Part shown: positions 54,896 through 64,000 of the stretch, piece by piece
Layout of the letters: each line of letters begins with the position of its first letter
Position numbering within the stretch: position 1 is the stretch's first letter
Assembly: GCF_036321535.1 (NCBI RefSeq)
Contig: NC_087447.1
Location: 36,396,001-36,460,000 of the forward strand
Source of the DNA: Camelus dromedarius
Lineage: Eukaryota
Length of the DNA: 64,000 nucleotides
Reading direction: 5' to 3'
Position numbers and translations under genes: made by a program
Notes under the pieces: model-generated
Databases searched by the model: none
The model's input: only the letters and a program-made list of their open reading frames with translations
What the model was told of the DNA's origin: nothing

Positions 54896-55330
54896 AATCG
54901 CGCGCGTGGAGGTGGAGGGAGGTAGTGATAGGGAGAACTCCCGGCGGAACCCGTTTGGGACGCCGCAATTCTCCCCTGCATCACCTGAGACCTCAGGCCA
55001 GGCGACCCAGCGGGCTCGGTCTTCCGGACCGCTCTTCAGTCCGAGATGCCGCGACCAGTGTGCAACCGGCAGAGGGACAGAGGGTCTGGTGCCTGCCGCC
55101 AGCGGTAAAAGATTTGCTAATCTTGTTTCAGTGACACCCACAATTTATGAGTAGAGAGACCTGGAAAATAAAGCCCTATGTCGTTCTGTGTCCTTCTCCC
55201 GGGTGTCTGCCGGCTGACATGAGTGGGAGGGGTCCCTCAGGGTGGGGAAGAGAGACACACAGACAGCGAAAGAATAAACGTGCGACAGTCACATAATCTT
55301 ACCTCCGGGACGAAAGGACACGGTTCCTAG
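54060..55330. promoter_or_regulatory. SOX6: CpG island, probable upstream SOX6 promoter
   Basis: Abrupt rise in CpG and GC content. The assignment rests on synteny (SOX6 lies head-to-head with C11orf58) and on the downstream splice sites. Confidence 0.65.
54859..54894. repeat. (TG)18 microsatellite
   Basis: Direct reading; followed by CAATCGCGCGCGTG. Confidence 0.97.
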
Positions 55331-56239
55331 GACTGAGATTTCCATAGCCAGTCTGCATCCCAGCTGTTTCTCCCGTAGGCTCTTTCCTGCCTAACACAGC
55401 CTTCTGACTAACTTGGACAAGGCTTGAGCTGCCCCCCTCCTTTTTTCCTCCCTTTTTTCTTTCCAGACATTCCCTAAACTCAACCCAGGGCAAATCCAGA
55501 AGTCGGTACAGTACAGAGCTTCCATTCAATCATGGGGGTGGGGGTGATCCCGTTTACAATTTCTCTTAAGCAGATGGAAGAAGTAGATGGTTATGGGACT
55601 TGGAGGGGTGCATGGGGATGGCATGGGGTTTTGGTGGCAGGGAAGCGCGATTTCTCTTAGGTCTTGCTCCTGCAGGTAAGGTTCCCAGATTCCAGCTGCC
55701 CTTCAGTCGAGCTGCGGTGTCGGGTGAGAGTGGAGGGCGATCCTCTTCTGATTAAAGAGGAGTGGAGGAGGGTAGAGTGGAGGAGAAATTGACCCTGGGC
55801 AGGCTCCACGGACACATTGTCTTGGTTCGTGTTTGTTCCTGCTCTCTGCTGAAGCCTTTGGGAGCCTCTTGAGCAGGGTAGTACGTCCGAGGCTTTTTCT
55901 CCCCTTCTTTTTAACCCCCTTCTAAAATGTGTTTAAAGAGAAGTGACTATCCTTCTAAAATAAGTTAAAAATCTTTCTCTGACTTTGCATTTGAGATGTC
56001 AAAAGGATTAAATAAATGAAACTTTATTTGACCCGGGAGTTTACCCAGAGACTTAACGACATCTCTGGGTCTTTGGCCTTATTCTAATTCCATGGTGGTA
56101 ATTACCCTTCGTTTCTTTAAGTGCAATAGATTTATTGCCTTAGAGACTATGCACAGTTTGATTGAATTATTCATTTTTTTTCTTTGGTGTAGACTGCATC
56201 TGGGGACTCTGATGTGACGTGTAGATTTTTTTTTTTCAG

Positions 56240-56419
56240 GAACAAAGGGAATGTGGAAATGAAAGAGAGAGGGAGAGAGAGGCTGGCAGATGTAATGAGA
56301 CGCGGTGAAGGTGTACGCAGACTGGCACTCCCACTCCTCCCTTCTGCTCTCACTGCAGCCCTGGGTAACTCGCAGGCTAACACAAACAGCTTTTCTCCCG
56401 CAGCCTGCCCTCTGTCACT
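56240..56419 (+). other. SOX6: 180-nt SOX6 upstream (5' leader or possibly coding) exon
   Basis: Acceptor T11-CAG with CTGATGTGAC branch-like sequence, donor ACT|GTAAGT. Length is a multiple of 3 and one frame is stop-free. Gene identity comes from synteny and recollection, not verified. Confidence 0.7.
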
Positions 56420-57279
56420 GTAAGTACATCAGCCTTCTCTTATCAGCATGCAGATTCCAGCCACGCACTCCCCTAAACTCGGCTTTGCACCTTAGACAGC
56501 AGAAGAACATTTAAAAATTAACTTTCCTAAGCCAGGAAAGACATGTCTGTAAAACTTATTTTTGATTTATCTTTATTTTTCTTTGAAAAAAGTTCATGCA
56601 TTTTTACCACTTTCCCCCACCTCCTTTATGGCGGTGCTGCTGCTGCTGCTACTGTCGCCGCCGTTGTGGTCTTCCCAACAGGAAGACGCGCAGATTCAGA
56701 TGAAATTTTGTTATTCTCTATCCATTTAAAGTCGAGGGACAATGCTTGGTCCTTTGCAAAATGACGTCTTAAAGAACGCAGAGCATTATTCACAGTTTGT
56801 TTTTTGCTTTTGTTGTTGAAACACGAGTTCCGACCTCTTTGAGGCAGAGTCCCAAAGGCACTGTTATTTGGGAGTTCGGGTTATTTGGTTACACCAAACT
56901 TAAATGAAGTGCGATGGACTGCTGGAGTGTTGGTATGTTTGTTATCCCTGTTTAAGGAAATCAATTGCTAAAACTTTTCTCCGGGCTGTAATTAAAGTTT
57001 TCAACTTTTTCCTTTTTCGCTTTTTATACTCTTTCACTTATTCTTCGTTTCAGTAAAAGTTCTTATTCCCCGTGTTTTAGAAGTGAAGACATTTATATTT
57101 GTCCTATTTATACAGTACCTATTAAGCCCTTCGTGAAAGAAGTTAGCGACCTTAGGATGAAGTCATGTAGGTATGAATTGTTCTCCTCGCTGGTGTAAGG
57201 AGACTTTCAAGGCAGGAATACGAGGTTTTAACAGTCGTTATGATTTTTGCGTCGGTGCTTTAAATATTAACTTCTCTAG

Positions 57280-58620
57280 CAGAATTCATTGCGTTGCCCT
57301 TCCCAAGTTAAGGGGGAGCTCTCTCCAGGAACCGCGCGCGCCTTTCCTTTCCCGGTTCGCGCCTCTTTCCTGGAGGTGCGAGGCCAAACTTAGCAAATAC
57401 GAGTTGCCTTTGCCGGTTGCCGTGCGCAGGGACACCCGGACAGCACGGAGGCAGCGACAGTTGCGGGCAGGTAAGTCAGCTCCTTCCTGCTCACCTTTTC
57501 TTCCCTCCCTGGTTCCCCTTGTTCCGCGCCCTGGGTTGTTGCGCCTCACGGGACTCCGACCCCCAGGGAAAATGAAGCATAGTGCGCCGGGATCTAGCTA
57601 CGGTGCCTGGGTATCCTCCGCTCCTTCTCGGACTTTCTGGAGCCCGCAGGCCAATGCGGACCAGGTGGAGAGCCCGGCACTTTAACCCGCTGCAGCGCTC
57701 TCTGCCTTGCCCTCTGCTCTGTACTATCGCGCCCAAGGTTTGAAAGGAAACCCTTAGGGCTCACCCCCGCCCCCAAAGGCCACGTGTCAGTCCATGCACA
57801 GCCTGAAATGCGGCACTGAGACCCCAAACTTTACTTTCTTTCCTTTAGGGATTGATGTTGTGACCGGCTTGGGGTTCTGCCTTATCAGTCTACTTTGGTA
57901 TCAGTTTATTAGATAAAATCTAAAGAGGATCCCTGCCGCTCCTTCTCTGAAGGTCCACCGCGGCCCAGTATTAGGGCCTTGGACGCTGGAGATCTTGATA
58001 AAGTCGCCTTTTTTCCCCCCTTCTTCCCTCCCGCCAGCGGCCTGCAGCTGGTCGGCAGGGTCAGTCTTACTCCCCAGATTTCCGAATGCAGGGTGATGTA
58101 AAGAGACGAATGCGCTGACACTTGCAAAGCCAAACTTGTCGCAGCAACTCTGAAGAACCCAAATCGCGCCCCAGCATTTCCATCCTGTATGTTTCACCTT
58201 CCTCGGTGGCTCTACCCTGAGGATTCAGGCTTTGGGACTTAAACTACCCCCTCTTTTCTCCGCCCTACTCTGCAGACATTTAGGACAGGTCATTCAATTT
58301 TGACCTGTTTAGGGTTCGGAGAGATTTTTTGCCCTCTGTTGTTGAGTTCCAGGGCCGGCGGCCGAAGAGCGTGAGGTTCTGGAACTGAGCGTGGGCCAGG
58401 CCACACTCATTCACAAAAACAAAATAAAACAAAAACAGAATCAAACCCCAGAAGAGATATGACCCTTGTCTAGGATAGAAACACCGGTCTGGGTTTGCCC
58501 GTTGGGCTTTTGAGGTCAAGGGGCACTCCCGGGACTTCTGGGAAGCGAGGGCGGAAGAAGCTGGCATGCGAGGTGCCAGGTATTCTTTTCACCGGCCTCT
58601 AGGCTCTGGCGTCTGGAAGC
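57280..58620. promoter_or_regulatory. CpG island with a perfect + strand donor CAG|GTAAGT at 57471 (candidate alternative first exon)
   Basis: CpG-rich sequence and a consensus donor. Confidence 0.55.
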
Positions 58621-60319
58621 AGGTTTCCCAGTCCTGAGAGTTTCTGTGGACGATAGGGACACAAGATTTCTGGCTGGGGACTAGCTCTCCTCTCAGCCAA
58701 CAGTCATCAAGTCACTTTAACTTGCAGTCTCCAAGCTTTCAATCCTCAAACATCATCTTTCCTATTGGGGTAGAAGAACCGGGCTATTCCTTCTGCCCCA
58801 CTAATCCGAGGTGCTCATCCCCATCCTTATTTCTGTCCTTTTCCTTCCCATGTCTGGAGTTCATCTGAAATCAAACATAGAGTATACTTTAATAAGCCAA
58901 TATATGACTGACAAACATCTCAGCTTGTTCCATCTTCTGTGCTTGCTTATTCTATTTTCTTCAAAGTTAATAGAACAAAGATGAGGCTCTCTCCCTTGTA
59001 TCTTTTGTCACTTAATCTGTGAGAGATCTTCCTCAAATTGGCAACTTTAGATTACCATTAAGTTTGTGAATTTCCTAGTCAAAATTCCTGACCTCTCTCC
59101 CTTGGTCCATATCTTCTTTCACAAAAAGTCCCTGTTTATGAAATGTCTCAAAGTGGCCATCTCATATCAGTTTCTACATAGTAAGGACCTCACCTCCACA
59201 GATCTCTGCAGGTTTATGCTGGTCATGGCAGAACCTCTCTCCCAGTTTTTAATCTTAATGTAATTTGGAGTCTCTACTGACCTCAGTTTCTTAAATCTAT
59301 TTCTTTGGCCCTGTGTTAAGGCAGGCCAACCTCACCTAGTGCACATTGGCCCCTCGTTAGCTCTCTGTCTGCTGCTGTCAAAGCTGGTTTTCTCATCTAT
59401 CTTTTTTACTCTGCATCTCTATCTACTACCTGACACCATGATTATTCTCTCCCCTCCCAGTTCCCCATTTTTTTTTTTTTTTTGCACTGAGATAAAATTC
59501 CAGGTCTGTGCTCCTTTAGGCCATTCTCTACCCTTCATATCTTTTATCTACCCTACACATGGATCAAAGACAATCTTTAATTTGTGTAGTTTTTTGAGGG
59601 GGGGGGGCTTTTAAAAACATAATTTTCTACATCTGACTTACATGTTTCTGTAAAATGCTGTCCTGGGTGACTGAAACTCTTCGTCTTCTGTAACATCCCA
59701 GCCACCCATCTTGAAATTGTTTCTCTAAATCTTTTCCTCTACAAAGTTGAGGTATTACACATGTATCACCTACCCAATTCCATGTAACACAAACGTATCC
59801 ATATAATAAATGTGGAACTATTTTATTTATTGTTCTAACAGTATAATCATTTTCTTTGGTAGTTTGTATATGTCTTGTTATTTATAATAATTTTAACCCA
59901 TAAATTCCATAATCCAGATGGCCTCCAAAACATTGCCACCTACATATGTTAAGAATCACTGTCAATTGTTTTTTCTTTTTTTCTTTCAATTCCTCCTCCT
60001 CCATCTTTTAAAATAAATTTCTCTTCCTCTATTTACTGAGATCCTATATTAACCCACGTGTTTTCAAGATCTCTGCTTCCTGCATCTCTTTCTTAACTCG
60101 CTTTTGATCATTTCTCTTTTTCATTTCCTTCATCTTTCTTATTATTCATCCTAATATTCACCCCTTTCTCCTTCTTCTTGGTCTGCTTCAGCCCTTGTCC
60201 TTCCCCTTGTTTGTATCTGCCATGACTCACTTCTGTGGTCCAGTTCTGTATTTTGGTACTTCTTAACATTCAGCCCCTTCGTCCTCTGTCACATAACTTT
60301 TTCGGAGCACAAACTACCA

Positions 60320-60830
60320 TCCCTACATTTTCCTTTCTCACTTTGTTCTTTCCTTTTCTCCAGCGTGCTTTCTTTCTCCCCAGTTGTCTACCTTTTCCTC
60401 ACCTCAGTTTGCCTCCTCTAGACTCCTCCTTCCAGCAGCCTCAGCCCTAATAGCGCTCCTTGGGTCCTTTACTCCTCAGCCTGTTTTTCTCCCACTTAAT
60501 ACTTGTCACCATTACCCTCTGACCCCAACTCTCCCTCTTTTTTTTTTTTTTTTTTTTTTTTTTGTCACCTTCCAATCCTCTCCTACTGGTTGCTTCACTC
60601 TCTCTTCCCAGGCGCTTTCTCCAATTCCAACCTCCGCTCTCGCCGGTCTCTGCCCTCTCTCTCTGGCTCGCTCTCCTTTGCCTCCCGCTCTCCCCTCCTT
60701 CTTCTTTCCCCGGCCCTCCCCCTCCCTCCCAGCTTCCCTGCCTGGCTCGCTGCCTCCCTCGCCTCTTGTCTCATCTTGCCTGTGTTGTCTGGGAGGGGAG
60801 CCCTGCCTCCTCTCCCTCGCTCAGATCAAT
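60320..60830 (+). repeat. Pyrimidine-rich low-complexity tract including a long poly-T
   Basis: Strong C/T strand skew; poly-T at ~60538-60563. Confidence 0.8.
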
Positions 60831-60859
60831 GCCCTGGCCACTCACTTTCTGATGTTGCA

Positions 60860-63800
60860 CGACGGGAAATGCTTTGAATACTTACGACATGGCCGCTCAC
60901 ACTGATTGCCAAGATTGACAGCACTAACCATCGTCTTTACTTGTTTCAAGGGGGAAGCCCCTAGTCACCCCGCTCTGCGCGCACCTCCAGACACCCCGGC
61001 GGCAAACTTCTGCGGGTCAGAGTTCCCCCCACCCGGGGCGGAACGCCCCCGCAGACTTGAGTTAACCGGCTGCGCCGGCCGTGGAGCTGGGGGGCTCTGC
61101 TCCCTTGCTCCCCAGGCTGTGCTAATTGACCTAGCAACGACTCCCCTTCCTTAAACAACAAAACATTTTTTTATTTGTATCTTTCCCTTTTTCTTTAATG
61201 CTATTTACTCCCGCGGCTCAGCGCACAAGGAACCCTCCCGTGCAGTACCATCCTGGAGCCCGCCCAGGTAACCGGGACGGAGCGAGCGAGCTAGAGAGCG
61301 AGGGAGGCAGAGCGAGAGCGCGCGGCCCATTTGTGAGCTACCTGTTGGGGAGCCGGAGGGGGCAGGGGCAGGAACCTCGGGCTCGGCCGCCGGCCCCCCA
61401 GCGCTTTCCGCTCCTGCCCTTCCGGGCAGCTCCCTTAGGGTTAGTTTCCTTGAGCTGGGACTGAGGGGTTGGGGTGGGACAGGCGGAGGGACAAGAAGTG
61501 AACGCGCGGAGCCCTGAGAGGGCGCGGGTTGCCGGGAGCCGCGGCTGCCCAGCCGGGGCGGGTTTCCGTACTTGGCTGGGGAGGGGAGAGGAGGGAGGAG
61601 GAGCGGGAGGAGGGCGCTCAGCGGGGCCGACGCAGAAGTGGGGGGGAGTAGAGGCTGAGAAAGGGGCCCGAGCGTCTGCCGCTCGCTGGTGGACGCGCGG
61701 ATCCCCAGGATGCGTCCCCCTCTCGGAGAGTTGTGCCTTGTTCCGGAGGCGGTGACAGATCTGCGTGGCGGGCTCCTGATTTTCTTGCCACCCCCCACCC
61801 CCAAAATCCACAAGGAGAAAACACATGTTGTAGCTGTAGATAACTGTGCGTGGGACACTAAGGCAAAAAGGGCAGGGGAGAGAGACAGACAACGCAACCT
61901 TTGACAACAGAAAGCTGTTATCGCCATCCTAAGTATTCGTCCGGAAATCTGTCCGCCCTCTCGGCCCACCTTATTCCTCCTCCTCCGCCTCCCCGTATAG
62001 ATATTCTAATCTATATTAACTGGGCATGATATGAAAAAGAAGTCAGGTGGCTTAGAGAATGAAATTTTAAGTCTCCGTGAAGTTTGAGGTAGGTATTTCA
62101 TTGAAGTTTGCGCAAGTATGTGATGGAGGAAGCTTGTGTGCCTGCGTGTGTAGTCTTCTCTCTCTCTCCCTCCCCCCCCCCCCCCCCCGTCTCTCTCCCT
62201 CTCTCAACCCCACTGTGTAAGCATAAGCGTGTGTGCTCTGTGAGGGTTCAGATGGGACCGCCGGGTGGAAAGGCCCTTTGTGCCCACAAGAGGGCAGCAT
62301 CCTGAGGGCTTTGTGAGCGCTGTATCTCTCGTTATCGCTGCAGGCTTGGGTTTAGAGAAAGTTATACCGAAACTTTCAAACTGATATCACATCTTATTTC
62401 GTGATATTTAAGAAAGAAAGACAGAAAGAAAGAAAGAAGGAAAAAGAGAAAAATGAAGAAAGAAGAGAGAGAAAAAAGAGAAAAGCAGACAGCCAGCCTA
62501 CCCCGGGAGAGTCCTAGTCACACCAAGACTAGGGGGAGGGCTGTTTTAATTGTGGGTTTGGCCGACTGACGACTGGAGTGCCCTCCTCGGCTGTCTTAGT
62601 TGTAGCCGGAGGTCATGTAAATCGACCTTAAAAGAATGCATAAGCCATAAATTAAAATAAACCCTCACCCAAGGGCTGATCCATAAGTAGACAATATCCA
62701 ACCTGGACAAAACGAGCTTCCCTTACGAGCCGACCTAAACCGCATCCCCCCAAAGAATAGAGACTAAATGCAAAGTAAGTTTCCCAGCGAATATTTTGTT
62801 TTCTTGAAAAGTGTTGGGTTGATTCGCCGTGTGACTGACTGCGACGCCGCAGTTTTCCTGAGCGCTTCAGTCTTAGCCAGGCTCGGGGTGCGGGAGGTCG
62901 GGAGGACCTGCTGGGTTTCTGGGCTTCTTAACGCTACCCCCACCCCACCCCCATTTTGGTTTGGAAACTTTGGCTATTTGTGCGGTTGACGCTGGCCGAG
63001 GGCGGGCGAGAGTCGAGGATCTCCGCCGCGCTCTCCGCCCGGTTGAAGTTTACCCGGAGGAGTTAATAAGAAAACCCGGGTCGCTAGAAAACCCGTACGC
63101 TCCCTCCTCCCACTCCCACCCCACCCCACCCCACCGCCTCTCCGCTGCAACTTTCCCGGGACCCTGCGGGAGTTGCTTCCAGTTCCCTCCGCTATCTCGC
63201 TTCCTCCCCCTCCCCCCATTTTTGGACTTGACTTTTTGATCTTTTTAGGAATAAGCAAACCGAACTCCAAGACAATCCGAAACCTAAGTGCTAATCCGTG
63301 GCCCTCTTTTCCCCGGACGCTCGGGCAGTGGTGCCGGGCCGGCGGGGGCGTGTGTGAGGGGTCCGCTCAGTCCTGCCCCGCGTGGGCTCGGCGTCGGAGT
63401 CGCGCGGCAGGCGCATGGTCGCCCGCACGTTCCTTCCCCACCCCGCGCTCTCCCACCCGGAGTCCCAGAGCCCCGCCGGAGTCCCAGAGCCCCGCCGGCA
63501 CCCTCCGTCCTTCTCGGCGCCCTGCCCGGCCCCGGCCTCCCGCTGCCCTCTCCGCAGACCGGCCGAGATCTGCCGCTCTGGGGCTCGGCCCAGGCCCGGG
63601 GGCGGTGCTGCCACCCGTCCGGGGCCCAGCCCGAGTCTGGCCGCTCCCAGGGGGAGCTGCTTTCTTCTCCCTTAAAGGGCCGGTCAGAAAAGGGAAGGGG
63701 CTTATGCAAAGGTTGCTGGGGTTGCTCGGGCACCGAGAGGAGCGGCCCGGGGCTGCGGAGGACAGATTAGCTCCGTTTCCCGGGCGCTCCGCGGAGCTTT
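60860..63800. promoter_or_regulatory. Large CpG island(s), candidate further SOX6 or antisense promoters
   Basis: GC/CpG-rich at 60.9-62.0 kb and 62.8-63.8 kb, donor CAG|GTAACC at 61268, G-run clusters, and a GA-rich repeat at 62410-62485. Confidence 0.7.
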
Positions 63801-64000
63801 AAGATAAAAAGAGAATTGGTGTTTGGAATAGATAAAAGGTGGTTGTTGCTGGCGTGTTTTGAGGGTTTTTTTTTTTTTAAATAAAAGCTGTCTTAGGCTG
63901 ACCAAGTTTGAAAACGTTTGTTTGTATGAATTGCCAGATATTGAATGCTGCTCCTATTTGGGGACTAAAAATAAGTCTTCGACTGTGCTGGCGGGGCTGG

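Noticed and set aside
61205..61969. 254-aa minus-strand ORF and overlapping ORFs
   Set aside because: Stop-poor CpG island DNA with several overlapping frames open; the Pro/Arg/Gly/Ala composition follows base content.
63173..63802. 209-aa ORF and other ORFs in the last CpG island
   Set aside because: Same GC-driven artefact; non-ATG start and no domain recognised.

Overview
Mammalian genomic DNA, probably a camelid, judging from five tRNA-derived SINEs starting GGGGAGGGTATAGCTCAAGTGGTA-like. The left end carries coding exons 1-2 of C11orf58/SMAP (small acidic protein) on the minus strand; the gene continues off the left edge. Its CpG-island promoter (~6.9-8.0 kb) holds two oppositely oriented ZNF143/THAP11 motifs. 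By known synteny, the + strand to the right is the far-upstream region of SOX6; no canonical SOX6 coding exon is in the window. The interval 8-47 kb is dense in L1, L2, MIR, MER and MaLR/ERVL repeats, with a few exon-like islands. The interval 48-53.5 kb is AT-rich and repeat-poor, and 54-64 kb is a cluster of CpG islands with several splice donors and a well-bounded 180-nt exon. Three observations stand out. (i) A spliced, stop-free reading frame runs from ATG 55046 through the 180-nt exon and could add an N-terminal extension to SOX6, with tiny uORFs overlapping its internal ATGs. (ii) Splice signals suggest reciprocal promoter sharing between C11orf58 and SOX6 across ~48 kb. (iii) A chain of + strand exon-like islands may be a decayed gene. 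A piggyBac transposase fossil lies in C11orf58 intron 1. Repeat family names are by eye and repeat boundaries are approximate unless target-site duplications (TSDs) are given.
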